The notes: a model not told the origin generated them from the sequence alone. A stretch of DNA of 32,000 bases from SAR324 cluster bacterium (GCA_015232315.1 JADFZZ010000032.1:796-32795); one strand, 5' to 3'; counted from the stretch's first letter, positions 22,466-32,000 are shown. Made by a program: numbers and translations.

Positions 22466-25341
22466 AGCTGACGATTCAGCTCTTCAAAGTGATTTCCCAT
22501 CCAACTCAACAGTTTCTTCTCATGCGGTGGAAAGCGTGTGTCAGACATGATGAATGTCTGGAAAATTTGAAGATACATGGCTTTTTCTCCGGCTTTCAGC
22601 ATTTCGACCTCCATTGCGCTCAGAAATACAGGATTGTATTTGGGCGGTGATGAATTTTGCAGGATGTTCCTGATTAAATCTTTCAGGTGATCCAACTGGT
22701 CCGTATACAGAAAATCCAGAAACAGAAATTCATCCTGAAACTTTTTTGGGGGAATATCCTTTCGGACTAGCTCACGATACAATGTGACAGCTTCCAGTTT
22801 ATCCCACATTTGTGCCATATTTCTGGGGTGCGTGATTTTTTTGAATTGATGATCAATCTCATTCCAGTTGGAATTTTTGCGGGCAATTCGCAGGGAATCT
22901 GTCAGCCATTCCAATTTTTCTGAAGGAATTGGCGGAGCATTTTTAAAATAATCTGTTTGAGCTCTGGAAAAATTTTCTGGTTCCAGAATTTCCTGATAAA
23001 ATGAAATAGCATTTATAAATGACCAGAACAAATCCACTTCCTGACTCAGAAACAACGCTTTTTCCGCACTGTTATCAACCAGAGGGAAAAAATATGAATT
23101 GGGATTCACATCTTCCAGAATAGGGCGTAGACTCTGGGTTGAAACAATAAAATTCTGAGGGCCGAACAAACGGGTATCCCCCTTGAATTTCAAAAATTCC
23201 TGAGCAATCTCTGGTTCTCGTTCAAAACGATCAATGGCATCCAGATTGAAATCAGTGTTGCCTGCAACAATCACATAATTTGCTTCACCAGCCAGATATA
23301 TTTTTGCGTAGGGAAAACGATTATCCAGAGCCTTGATAATGGTCAGCATGAGTTCTGTGTTGAAGGAATAACCATGGACCCATTGGACCAGTAAGCCTTC
23401 TGGTTTTAGAAATCGTTGGATGTGCTCGTAGAATTCTTCGGTGAACAGGCTCGAAACACCACTGACCCAAGGATTTGATGGTTCTGAAATGATAAGGTCA
23501 TATTGTCTGTTGGCCTGATAGAAATAGGTTTTGGCATCATCAAAAATAGGACGGATTTTGGGACTGTCATACACATTTCGATTATAAGGATAGAAATTTT
23601 TTGCCAATTCATACATCTGTTCTTCAATTTCGATCAAATCCAGATGTTTTAACAAGGGGTCGGATAGCAGATAGTGTGCAGACATACCACTGCCCAACCC
23701 GATCATTGCGGCGTCATAAGGCTGATTCATCGCAGCCATCGGAACAAACGCGGCAGCGGCCTGAGTATATTCATCTTCAGATATGGTGCCTTTCAATCCG
23801 ATACTCGCATCAACCTTGCCATTTGTTGCGATCATTGACCTGAATGGATTGAACGTGAATGAGATGGTTGCTGTTTTTCCATCCTTGACGAGTATTTGAT
23901 GAAAATCTCCGGCATTCAGCTTGCCACGAAAAACACCTATTGTGGTAAGATTCGGGTCAAGTTTGATATGCAATACAGGAATAAAGACCAGCACAGAAAC
24001 GCAGAGTGTCGCAATGAACTTCCATCGGGAAAGCTTATAGGCACCCAGCAGCACAAGTCCCAGACCGATATCAATCAAAGCTCCTGAGGCAATGGTGTAT
24101 TTGATCTGAAAATTCGGCAATAGCAATAACCCTCCCAGAGAGGCGCCAAGTATGGCTCCTATCGTATTCCAGCCATATACAAATCCAGTGTATTTTTCAT
24201 TGCGTGTAAAATTGATCAGATAATAAGTGATCAATGGCAGTGTCATTCCCGCAAAGAAACTGGTGGGTGCCATCATCAATAGGCAGATCAGATATTTGAA
24301 TATGGAATAGACTGGATAGGCGAGTTCTGTTTTTCTGAATACAGAATGTGAGTCGCTGATCGCGTAAAAAAACGGCTCGTAAAAATAGATGCTGCTCAAC
24401 GCAAACGCCCCCATGAGAATCTGGATGAAAGCCAACGTATGCGCGATGTTTCGTGAAGAGTCAATCAGCTTGCGGGCATAACCGCCTCCCAGGGCCAACC
24501 CCAGGATGAACGCGGAAATCATGATATCAAACGAATGGGTTGAAGATCCCAGCAACAACCCCAGAAGCCTGATCCAGCCAACTTCGTAAATGAAGGATGA
24601 AAACCCTGTCAGACCGCTGATCAACAACCATAGTCCAATGGTGCGCTGATCCGGAAGTTCATGTGAAATTTCCTTGTGAGATTCCGCACCGGAAAAAGAT
24701 TCTGTTATTTTGGGGCCAATGATTTTATCAGCTTTTTTGGCGATGAAATAAAACATCAATGCAATCAGTACATTGGAAGAACCAGCAATGGCGAGAGTTC
24801 CTATGGTTCCCATTTCCGGAATGAGCAGATAGGAAGTCGCCAGAATTCCAATGGCGGCACCCAGAGAATTGGTGAAATATAACACAGGCAGTGAAGAACG
24901 TCCTTCATCTCTGCTGACACGAATGACACCCACTGTGATGAATGGAAAAGTCATTCCAAGCAGGATCGCGGTCGGGAGCGTCATCAGCATGGAGATCAGC
25001 ACCTTGGTCAGATTGGCAAACCAGAAAGACGAAAAATATACATTGGCGGCTTCATAAAACCATTGGGTACAGACTAGATAAATTCCGTGGAAGACAAAAC
25101 CTGAAACGCCCACCAGCAACTCAATGGCAGCATAGACATAAAATGGATTCCGGATATTCCGACAGAGTCGTCCTGCCAGAAACGACCCGATGCCGAGTCC
25201 ACCCATAAAAATGGAAAGTGTCAGGATCTGACCATAAAACGAATGTCCGAGAAATAATTTAAGATACCGGGACCACAGTGATTCATAAATAAGACCAACA
25301 AATCCTGAAACAACGAACAGACCATAAATCAGGCGAACCAT
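22447..25341 (-). CDS. Fused MFS-like membrane domain and spermidine-synthase-like methyltransferase-fold protein
   Basis: Multiple TMs starting SGFVGLIYESLWSRYLKLFLGHS; C-terminal AAMIGLGSGMSAHYLLSDPLLKHLDLIEIEEQMYELAKNF...YDLIISEPSNPWVSGVSSLFTEEFYEHIQRFLKPEGLLVQW; ATG start 25341 (the ORF track uses TTG 25347). Confidence 0.85.
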   Translation of the reverse strand: MVRLIYGLFVVSGFVGLIYESLWSRYLKLFLGHSFYGQILTLSIFMGGLGIGSFLAGRLCRNIRNPFYVYAAIELLVGVSGFVFHGIYLVCTQWFYEAANVYFSSFWFANLTKVLISMLMTLPTAILLGMTFPFITVGVIRVSRDEGRSSLPVLYFTNSLGAAIGILATSYLLIPEMGTIGTLAIAGSSNVLIALMFYFIAKKADKIIGPKITESFSGAESHKEISHELPDQRTIGLWLLISGLTGFSSFIYEVGWIRLLGLLLGSSTHSFDIMISAFILGLALGGGYARKLIDSSRNIAHTLAFIQILMGAFALSSIYFYEPFFYAISDSHSVFRKTELAYPVYSIFKYLICLLMMAPTSFFAGMTLPLITYYLINFTRNEKYTGFVYGWNTIGAILGASLGGLLLLPNFQIKYTIASGALIDIGLGLVLLGAYKLSRWKFIATLCVSVLVFIPVLHIKLDPNLTTIGVFRGKLNAGDFHQILVKDGKTATISFTFNPFRSMIATNGKVDASIGLKGTISEDEYTQAAAAFVPMAAMNQPYDAAMIGLGSGMSAHYLLSDPLLKHLDLIEIEEQMYELAKNFYPYNRNVYDSPKIRPIFDDAKTYFYQANRQYDLIISEPSNPWVSGVSSLFTEEFYEHIQRFLKPEGLLVQWVHGYSFNTELMLTIIKALDNRFPYAKIYLAGEANYVIVAGNTDFNLDAIDRFEREPEIAQEFLKFKGDTRLFGPQNFIVSTQSLRPILEDVNPNSYFFPLVDNSAEKALFLSQEVDLFWSFINAISFYQEILEPENFSRAQTDYFKNAPPIPSEKLEWLTDSLRIARKNSNWNEIDHQFKKITHPRNMAQMWDKLEAVTLYRELVRKDIPPKKFQDEFLFLDFLYTDQLDHLKDLIRNILQNSSPPKYNPVFLSAMEVEMLKAGEKAMYLQIFQTFIMSDTRFPPHEKKLLSWMGNHFEELNRQLKERRE

Positions 25342-25595
25342 AGACAATTCTCAAGAGAAGAGGATATTAAAAATAAAAATGCATAGCAGATGTTATTCAT
25401 GACGGTCAAGTGCGATTCTTTTCAAACAGAATATTGCTATCCGTCGCAGAATGTATTAGTTGTTCCCTGCTGGTAATCTGGACTTTCCCTATGGGATTCT
25501 GAGCTATTTTCCCGGAGGGGTAAATGAATCATCCTTAGCGTGAAAAATTAAAATCCATTCGTGTAACGTGTTCATGTTTTATTAATCTTTATTCA

Positions 25596-27647
25596 ATGTC
25601 ACTGATGCCTGTTCACTCCGTACAACAACAGGGAATCCTCGCCAGGGTGATTGCCATTTTATGGATATTTTTTCTCACCTGGACCGTCTATTTTTCTACG
25701 CTGTTTATCCCGTTTTTTTTCGATGATCATCATATTATTGACAATGCGAGCCTTCATTCCCTGGCGATTCAGTGGCAGGAACTCCTGCATAACTGGTATA
25801 AATTCCAGAATAGCCGAATATTTCCAGACCTGACCTTTGCACTGAACTACTATGTTCATGGATTGGATGTTCCGGGATACCATGCAGTCAATATTCTGAT
25901 TCACGCTATCAATGCCTTGATTCTGATGAGGATGTTCTCATTCCTTGTCAGTATCCATACTTCCGCTGAAGAGCAGGTATCCTCACGTTCATCCATCACA
26001 TTCATTCAATATACTGTAATCTCTTTTTTCATCATTCATCCATTACTGACAGGATGTGTCAACTACACTGTTCAGCGTGCTGAACTCATGGCCATGACGT
26101 TTTATGCGCTGGGATTTTTATGCTATCTGCACTTGCGGCATCAAACGGGAACAAGGCGTCCTGTCTGGGCATTCTTGATATTGATCTGTTGGTATTTGGC
26201 TCTGAAAAGCAAGATTACGACGGTGACATTCCCAGGCATGCTGTTGGGATACGAAGTCATATTGGGCGCCAGCACGCCAGAATTTATGAAGAAATTGATG
26301 CATGCGGGTATTGCGGTATCCGGGTTGGCCTTATGTTTCATTCTGCTCCAATATGAATTTCACCTGTTCATTCCTCAGGCAACCTCTGTAGGCTTCAATG
26401 CCGGTGAACTCTGGGGGCCATGGGAGCAATTTCAGGCGCAATCCCGTGCGCTGTTTTATTACTGGCGCAATCTGTTTTTGCCATATCCAGGCTGGTTGAG
26501 TGTTGATCATGATTTCAGAATTTCGAGTCAGTTTATCGATCCTGTAGCTTTGTTGGCCTTACTGGGACATCTTTTGATTGCGGCTGGAGCGCTTTTGCTG
26601 GCTCGGCAAAAAAGAATTTATGCCGCATTAGGAATTTTTTGGTTCTATGTTGTGCAATCACCCTATATGATCACACCCATTGCCGATATTCTGGTGGATT
26701 ACAGAGTTTACAGTGTCAGTCCGGGATTTTTTCTGATCATGCTGGAAATGCTGAAATTTCTGAACCATCGCGTTTCCCCCCATGGGTTTCGGAGTTTGTT
26801 GCTTGGCCTTGGATGTCTGACATTGCTAACAGCATGGAATAGAAATCTTGATTATGACAGCAATATTACTTTGTGGGAAGATGCCTTGAATAAGGCTCCT
26901 GAAAATGCGAGAGCCTATAACAATCTCGGTGATGTATATTTCAATGAGTCTCAATGGGGAAAAGCTGAAAATGCCTTCCAAAACGCCATCAGAATTAAAC
27001 CAGATTATTTTGATGCCCGTAGAAATCTGGCAAAAGTCCATGTCTTTACTGAACGGTACTCACAAGGGTTGGAAATATACCATTCGATCCTGAAAGAAAC
27101 CCCACAGGATCCGTTATCATATTTTGGAATTGGTTATATTCACAAAAAAAGGAATGAGAATACGGAGGCAGAATCTGCGATGCGGAAGGCCATAGAAATC
27201 ATGGAGGCTCCTGACTATGAGGGGCCCTTATATTACAAATCAGACTTTGCTGCTAGTGTTTACAACAGTTTAGGTGATTTACTCATGGGCGAAGGACGGA
27301 TTGATGAAGCGCTCATTTATCTGAAAAAATCACTGCATATCGATCCTGATAACGCATTCACTCTCTATAATCTTGGAACCGCCTATATGAAAATTGAAGT
27401 ATGGGATCAGGCAATGTCCCATCTGATCAGATCAATTGAACGCAACCCAAACCATGCGGATGCCTGGAATAACCTGGGTATCGTTTTTATCCAGGTTGGC
27501 CAGAGGGAAAACGCAAAAAAAGCTTTCAGGAAAGGCTTGAGCATTGCTCCTCGAAATTCCCAACTGTTACAGAATTATAGCCGATCAATGAATTCCCCGC
27601 AATCTGGGCCACACCATAACGATCAAGCTGGATTCTTTGGAAAATAA
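25596..27647 (+). CDS. TMTC-like / glycosyltransferase-type multi-TM protein with C-terminal TPR repeats
   Basis: FFDDHHIIDN near TM1; TAWNRNLDYDSNITLWEDALNKAPENARAYNNLGDVYFNESQWGKAENAFQNAIRIKPDYFDARRNLAKV; several TPR units. Confidence 0.75.
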   Translation: MSLMPVHSVQQQGILARVIAILWIFFLTWTVYFSTLFIPFFFDDHHIIDNASLHSLAIQWQELLHNWYKFQNSRIFPDLTFALNYYVHGLDVPGYHAVNILIHAINALILMRMFSFLVSIHTSAEEQVSSRSSITFIQYTVISFFIIHPLLTGCVNYTVQRAELMAMTFYALGFLCYLHLRHQTGTRRPVWAFLILICWYLALKSKITTVTFPGMLLGYEVILGASTPEFMKKLMHAGIAVSGLALCFILLQYEFHLFIPQATSVGFNAGELWGPWEQFQAQSRALFYYWRNLFLPYPGWLSVDHDFRISSQFIDPVALLALLGHLLIAAGALLLARQKRIYAALGIFWFYVVQSPYMITPIADILVDYRVYSVSPGFFLIMLEMLKFLNHRVSPHGFRSLLLGLGCLTLLTAWNRNLDYDSNITLWEDALNKAPENARAYNNLGDVYFNESQWGKAENAFQNAIRIKPDYFDARRNLAKVHVFTERYSQGLEIYHSILKETPQDPLSYFGIGYIHKKRNENTEAESAMRKAIEIMEAPDYEGPLYYKSDFAASVYNSLGDLLMGEGRIDEALIYLKKSLHIDPDNAFTLYNLGTAYMKIEVWDQAMSHLIRSIERNPNHADAWNNLGIVFIQVGQRENAKKAFRKGLSIAPRNSQLLQNYSRSMNSPQSGPHHNDQAGFFGK

Positions 27648-27835
27648 ATAATTGTCGGGTGGAAACCTTTACGCTTGCGGTCGCCGGGGAAAAACTGATA
27701 AATCCACACGTGCCGATGTTATATTTTACAGTCACATAACGACGCAAAGCATGCCAGCAAATAAGCGGAAAGTTACAGTCCTGCGCTCTTGGTGAAGAGT
27801 GATCACACAAAACCCGTATCATCAGGAAAATGGTC

Positions 27836-28333
27836 ATGATTAAATTAAGAGATTCCATTTTTGTAATTCGCCCGGCTACACCGCAGGATGTCCCGGTGAT
27901 TTTACAACTGATCAGGGACTTGGCTGACTATGAAAAATTAAGTCAGGAAGTTTGCGCCACGGAATCCCTGTTGCACCAGGCCCTGTTTGAACAATATTCC
28001 GCAGAAGTTTTACTGGGATTTATGGATCATCAGCCTGTCGGAATGGCTGTTTTTTTTCATAGCTGTTCCACATTTCTGGGGCGTCACGGTATTTATCTGG
28101 AAGATCTTTATGTGCGACCGGAATTCAGAGGTAAAGGGTTGGGAACTTCTTTGCTGAAAGAAATTGCCCGCTTGGCTGTTGAACGGAAATGCGGCCGAAT
28201 TGAATGGGCTGTGCTCAATTGGAACACTTCCGCGATTGAGTTTTATGAAAATCTTGGCGCTTCTCCACTGAGTGGCTGGACCACGTATCGTCTTACTGGA
28301 AATGCCCTGGAAAAATTCGCGCTGAGTGATTAA
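27836..28333 (+). CDS. GNAT-family N-acetyltransferase (diamine acetyltransferase-like)
   Basis: FVIRPATPQDVPVILQLIRDLADYEKL...LYVRPEFRGKGLGTSLLKEIARLAVERKCGRIEWAVLNWNTSAIEFYENLGA. Confidence 0.9.
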   Translation: MIKLRDSIFVIRPATPQDVPVILQLIRDLADYEKLSQEVCATESLLHQALFEQYSAEVLLGFMDHQPVGMAVFFHSCSTFLGRHGIYLEDLYVRPEFRGKGLGTSLLKEIARLAVERKCGRIEWAVLNWNTSAIEFYENLGASPLSGWTTYRLTGNALEKFALSD

Positions 28334-28349
28334 CCATCATAGGAATAAT

Positions 28350-29051
28350 ATGGGATCGAAAAAAACAATTGACAAACTTGCTAAAATTTTCGGAGATGCC
28401 GCCGTCGAAGTGCTCTCCAACTCCAGTGGCGCGGATATTTATTTTGCACCCACTGTTCAGAAAGTGGATCTCATTTATCTCAAACCGGATATTGGCACGT
28501 TTGTACAGTTTCGTGGCGATTATTCAGGCCTGGTGATTGTGAATTTCACCAAGGAAGCCGCTATGGAGTATTACCGCATGTCCATGCTGAACATGGGCTT
28601 TCCAGCAGAGGAACTGGCCATTGACCATACTGCTGATGATGTGGTGGACAGTATCGGTGAAAGTGTGAATCAATTGATCGGAAAAGCCCGGCAAATGATT
28701 CAGGAAGAATATGGCCTGTCCTCCTACAACAACCAGCCCAAAGCGGTTTGTCTGATGGAATCCATCCTGCTTTCAATCAACACCATGATTCATCACAAAC
28801 CCTCAGATTGCCGCAGATTGTCCTTTCGTATTTCAGGTCGGCATACGTTTCATATTGAAATGTTCATTGAACAGACAGAGTTCATTATACTTGACCCTGA
28901 ACGTCTGAAAGCCGGCCAACAAAAAAGCAGTAACCGTGACCTTGATATTGATGCCATGATGGATGCTGAAAAAGCTGATAAAAAAGAAAAAGAAACGGTC
29001 GCGGCAACCAACAACCTTGATATTGAAGCATTATTGAATGCCAATCGTTAG
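28350..29051 (+). CDS. CheX / DUF3334-like protein
   Basis: VDLIYLKPDIGTFVQFRGDYSGLVIVNFTKEAAMEYYRMSM...DDVVDSIGESVNQLIGKARQ resembles CheX-type fold proteins; charged C-terminal tail with DLDIDAMM and NLDIEALLN. Confidence 0.6.
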   Translation: MGSKKTIDKLAKIFGDAAVEVLSNSSGADIYFAPTVQKVDLIYLKPDIGTFVQFRGDYSGLVIVNFTKEAAMEYYRMSMLNMGFPAEELAIDHTADDVVDSIGESVNQLIGKARQMIQEEYGLSSYNNQPKAVCLMESILLSINTMIHHKPSDCRRLSFRISGRHTFHIEMFIEQTEFIILDPERLKAGQQKSSNRDLDIDAMMDAEKADKKEKETVAATNNLDIEALLNANR

Positions 29052-29065
29052 TCCTGAGCTGCTTA

Positions 29066-30760
29066 ATGACTATTGAAAAATCCGCTTACAAAATATTGCT
29101 GATCAGCCAGAATAATGAAGATCGTACCCGCCTGCAAAATCATCTGGATGCCATCAAGGTTGCCACAATCCATCTGGATCAGGAAACGCTCTTTGAACAG
29201 GCCCGGGAATTGATTCTGGAGGCCAAATATGATGCCTATCTGATTGACTATGACATTCTTCCTGAATCAGCCTTGGCACTGGTGCAGAGCGTTTATGAAG
29301 ACTGCGCAAAACCACTGATCATCATCGACGAACAGGAACAGTATGAGCGGGACATTGCGGCAATGGAAGCCGGAGCAAGTTATTACCTGCCCAAAAAACA
29401 TATTGTTCCCTCCATTCTTGAACGGTTACTCCGCTACAACATCTACTATAGCTCCACCCGTGATGAGTTGCAGAATTTTCTGGAAATCCAGAATACAATC
29501 TCTGGAAATCTACTGGAAACCGCCAGTCAACTCAAAGTCGCAAAAGATGAACTGCAACAGAAAAATACTGAAATGCTGGCCAGTCATCGCAAACTGGAAG
29601 ACCTGAATCAGACCAACCAGCAGTTTTTAAATATCGCGCTCAAACTTTATAAAAACCATTTCATTCCGTTGCGCGAAAATATTGAAAACATGCTGAACTC
29701 CGTAGTCCTTGACACGAAGGAAGGCATTCGTCAGGCGGCCCGGGAAATCCACCAGATGGATGAACTCCTGCGTCCTGTAACTCTTTTGGGTACGGAACAG
29801 GCGGCCATTCACAAAAAACGGGTGCTGTTGGCTGAACTGGACCGTAAACAACAGATTGTCGCAAAAATGGCGCTGGGAGGAACAGGCATTGACTTTGATA
29901 TTGTAGCTGATTTCACTGAGGGTGAGGAACGCCTCAAAACTTCACGTTATGATATACTTTGTGTCGATCTGGGATTTATTGAACTGGCACGCATGGCCCA
30001 TGAACAATATCCGGAAACACAGATTGTGTTCATGACCTCGGCCAATGCTCCGGCTTATCTGCCGATCATCATCAAGTTGCCGTTTCTTTCCAATATTGTT
30101 TCAAGAGATAAGGAGGACCGCACCTTTACCCTGAAAAATATTCTGGTTACCATCAGCAAACTGCTCACCGATGATTTATTCGGACTGGAAAAGTATATGA
30201 GTTGGGGGGTTGAAGTGCATCAAATGGTCATTCGATCCAGTCGGGAACGCGCGGAAATGGTGGAAAACATGGAACGGATTCTGGATCAGTTCGGTGTTCA
30301 TCGTTCCGTGATCCGCAAAGCAGGAATGGTGGCGGAAGAATTGTTGATGAACGCAATTTATGACGCGCCTCACAGTGCCGATGGGAAACCTCTGTATAAC
30401 CATCTTTCACGGATAAACCCGGTGGAATTGCCACTCAATGAGCAGGGAATTTTCCGGTTTGCCTGCGACGGGATGTTGCTGGCGCTTTCTGTTCAGGATC
30501 CCTTTGGTGCTCTGGGGCGCCACACAATTCTGAATTATTTGCAAAAATCCTATCTGAATCGGAATCTGGCGGAGGATAGTCAGGAAAAAATGAATAAGGG
30601 CGGAGCCGGATTGGGACTGTTCCAGATCATGTCCGCCTCCGACCTGTTTGTGATCAATGTCAAACCGGGCGTCAGGACAGAGGTGATTGTAGTGTTCAAT
30701 ATTGATCCTGATAAACCTAAAAACACACCATCCACATCATTTCAATATTTTTGTCATTAA
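29066..30760 (+). CDS. Response-regulator-like REC, coiled coil, second REC-like region and C-terminal HATPase (RsbW/anti-sigma type)
   Basis: ILLISQNNEDR...YDAYLIDYDILPESALALVQ...EAGASYYLPKKHI (REC); RYDILCVDLGFIELARMAHEQYPETQIVFMTSANAPAYLP (REC-like); VAEELLMNAIYDAP, LSVQDPFGAL, NKGGAGLGLFQIMSASD (HATPase N, G1, G2 boxes). No obvious HisKA. Confidence 0.7.
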   Translation: MTIEKSAYKILLISQNNEDRTRLQNHLDAIKVATIHLDQETLFEQARELILEAKYDAYLIDYDILPESALALVQSVYEDCAKPLIIIDEQEQYERDIAAMEAGASYYLPKKHIVPSILERLLRYNIYYSSTRDELQNFLEIQNTISGNLLETASQLKVAKDELQQKNTEMLASHRKLEDLNQTNQQFLNIALKLYKNHFIPLRENIENMLNSVVLDTKEGIRQAAREIHQMDELLRPVTLLGTEQAAIHKKRVLLAELDRKQQIVAKMALGGTGIDFDIVADFTEGEERLKTSRYDILCVDLGFIELARMAHEQYPETQIVFMTSANAPAYLPIIIKLPFLSNIVSRDKEDRTFTLKNILVTISKLLTDDLFGLEKYMSWGVEVHQMVIRSSRERAEMVENMERILDQFGVHRSVIRKAGMVAEELLMNAIYDAPHSADGKPLYNHLSRINPVELPLNEQGIFRFACDGMLLALSVQDPFGALGRHTILNYLQKSYLNRNLAEDSQEKMNKGGAGLGLFQIMSASDLFVINVKPGVRTEVIVVFNIDPDKPKNTPSTSFQYFCH

Positions 30761-30786
30761 TTTTTTTAAGGGGGGAGAAACTATAA

Positions 30787-31395
30787 ATGAGTATTACAAT
30801 TTTTAACACACCAATTCTGAGTCCATTATTGCGTTATATCTCTCTCATCAGCATGAAATTGCTTGGCTGGAAGCATGAAGGTGAATTTCCGCCGGTTTCC
30901 AAGGCTGTGATGATTGCCGCACCGCATACAACCAATTGGGACCTGATTATCATGTTGGCGCTGTGTTTCATCTTTCGGGTCAAGATTGTCTGGCTGGGAA
31001 AAGACAAAATATTTCGCTTTCCTTTTGGCTGGTTCATGCGCTGGATGGGCGGCGTTTCAATCGACCGGAGCAAATCCAACAACGTGGTTTCTCAATCGAT
31101 CGAACAATTCAACCGTAGTGAATCACTGGTAATGACGGTTCCGCCTGAAGGCACCCGCAAGAAAGTAAAAGTCTGGAAAACCGGTTTTTATTATATCGCT
31201 CTTGGCGCCAAGGTACCGATTGTGCTGGGGTTTATCGACTTTGAACGCAAAACGGGAGGAATTCTCGGCACCTTCACGCCTACAGGAGATATTGAAAAAG
31301 ACATGGTTGCCATTCAGGGGTATTATGTGAATATAAAGGGGAAGTTTGCTGATAAAACCAGTTTACCCGAATTTGAAAATAATCCGCCTCAGTAA
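30787..31395 (+). CDS. Lysophospholipid acyltransferase family protein (PlsC-like)
   Basis: HTTNWD (HX4D) motif, FPFGWFMRWMGGVSIDRSKSNNVV, TVPPEGTRKKVKVWKTGFYYIALGAKVPIVLGFIDF. Confidence 0.82.
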   Translation: MSITIFNTPILSPLLRYISLISMKLLGWKHEGEFPPVSKAVMIAAPHTTNWDLIIMLALCFIFRVKIVWLGKDKIFRFPFGWFMRWMGGVSIDRSKSNNVVSQSIEQFNRSESLVMTVPPEGTRKKVKVWKTGFYYIALGAKVPIVLGFIDFERKTGGILGTFTPTGDIEKDMVAIQGYYVNIKGKFADKTSLPEFENNPPQ

Positions 31396-31400
31396 GTTTT

Positions 31401-31775
31401 ATGAAAGAACCACGTATGCAAGTTGAACATCAAGCAATGGAACAAATTGGGATCCTTCATGTTTCCGGTCACATTTCCCTGAGAGACATTGAATATTTCC
31501 GGGATTTTGCGCACAAAATCATTGATGATCCCCTTGTGACTCATTTTATCATGAATCTGGAAAAAGTGAGTTTTATAGATTCTTCAGGGATTGGAATTTT
31601 CATCCACTGTTGGCGGGCAATGTCGCAGAAACAGGGCTATTTTGTTCTGTGTGGTCTGAATGAAAAAAACAGACAACTGATTCAGATGACCACCCTGCCC
31701 CAGTTTATTTCAATTCATAACAACCTGGAAGAGGCAATGACCCGCCTTCAGGAAAAGGCCAAACCGCATTCATGA
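31401..31775 (+). CDS. STAS-domain anti-sigma factor antagonist-like protein
   Basis: GILHVSGHISLRDIEYFRDFAHKIIDDPLVTHFIMNLEKVSFIDSSGIGIFIHCWRAMSQKQGYFVLCGLNEKNRQLIQMT. Confidence 0.9.
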   Translation: MKEPRMQVEHQAMEQIGILHVSGHISLRDIEYFRDFAHKIIDDPLVTHFIMNLEKVSFIDSSGIGIFIHCWRAMSQKQGYFVLCGLNEKNRQLIQMTTLPQFISIHNNLEEAMTRLQEKAKPHS

Positions 31776-32000
31776 ATCCCGATGTCGAATCACATCCAGC
31801 ATCTGGTCCACTTCTGAAAACTTTTCTCTGGGTTTTCCATGTTGTTCACCCAGAGATTTTTCAGCATCATCCAGAACTTTCCAGTCTGTAAACGTGGCGA
31901 ACTCAATCTTTTTTTGGTTGAGTAGCGATTCCGCAAACCCTCTGTTGGTTTCTTCAGGATGATGCACGGGGTTTTTGAGATCTTCCAATAAATGATGCAC
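31770..32000 (-). CDS. C-terminal fragment, probably FprA-like ferredoxin/adrenodoxin NADP+ reductase
   Basis: FATFTDWKVLDDAEKSLGEQHGKPREKFSEVDQMLDVI resembles the C-terminus of FprA-like reductases (W..ID..E..LG...GRPR.K....ML); gene continues off the window. Confidence 0.55.
   Translation of the reverse strand: MHHLLEDLKNPVHHPEETNRGFAESLLNQKKIEFATFTDWKVLDDAEKSLGEQHGKPREKFSEVDQMLDVIRHRDS

Noticed and set aside
27526-27858. 110-aa minus-strand ORF
   Set aside because: Overlaps the 3' end of the TPR gene and the start of the GNAT gene, with no recognisable domain.
1-32000. CRISPR arrays, tRNAs, rRNAs, integrases or transposases
   Set aside because: No regularly spaced direct repeats, no recognisable tRNA or rRNA sequences, and no mobile-element protein motifs were seen.

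Overview
This 32 kb window reads as ordinary Gram-negative chromosomal DNA with a dense gene layout. No tRNA, rRNA, CRISPR array, prophage or transposase was recognised.

From left to right it contains:
- (1) the 3' part of a CorC/HlyC-type CBS transporter, then a DUF4743-type NUDIX protein;
- (2) a flagellin gene on the minus strand with a well-matched sigma-28 promoter;
- (3) a CHPRENGDPG-type dispersed intergenic repeat;
- (4) minC-minD-minE on the minus strand;
- (5) a TerB-like protein fused to an S24/CI-type C-terminal domain that lacks the catalytic Ser;
- (6) a MaoC / high-molecular-weight FabG / FadI-like thiolase operon on the minus strand;
- (7) a CIRCE-controlled operon with three Hsp20 paralogs and a 63-aa unknown;
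- (8) a compact 6-gene envelope operon, about 14.2-21.4 kb, ending in MotA-like and MotB-like proteins;
- (9) a lone type IV/II pseudopilin, a fused MFS/spermidine-synthase-like protein, and a TMTC-like TPR membrane protein;
- (10) a signalling neighbourhood with a CheX/DUF3334-like protein, a REC + HATPase protein, an acyltransferase and a STAS protein.

The strongest candidate for an undescribed system is the 15.2-21.4 kb operon. Its 630-aa protein appears to join a secreted FliF-collar-like domain, one transmembrane helix and complete FliG middle and C domains. It is followed directly by a divergent MotA (with an inserted TM1-TM2 loop) and a short MotB. It is preceded by a lipoprotein and a secreted protein, both with C-terminal TPR-like repeats and collar-like modules. 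No FliM/N, rod, hook or export genes are in the window, which suggests a minimal motor separate from the canonical flagellum. All homology statements come from reading motifs by eye and need HMM or structure checks.
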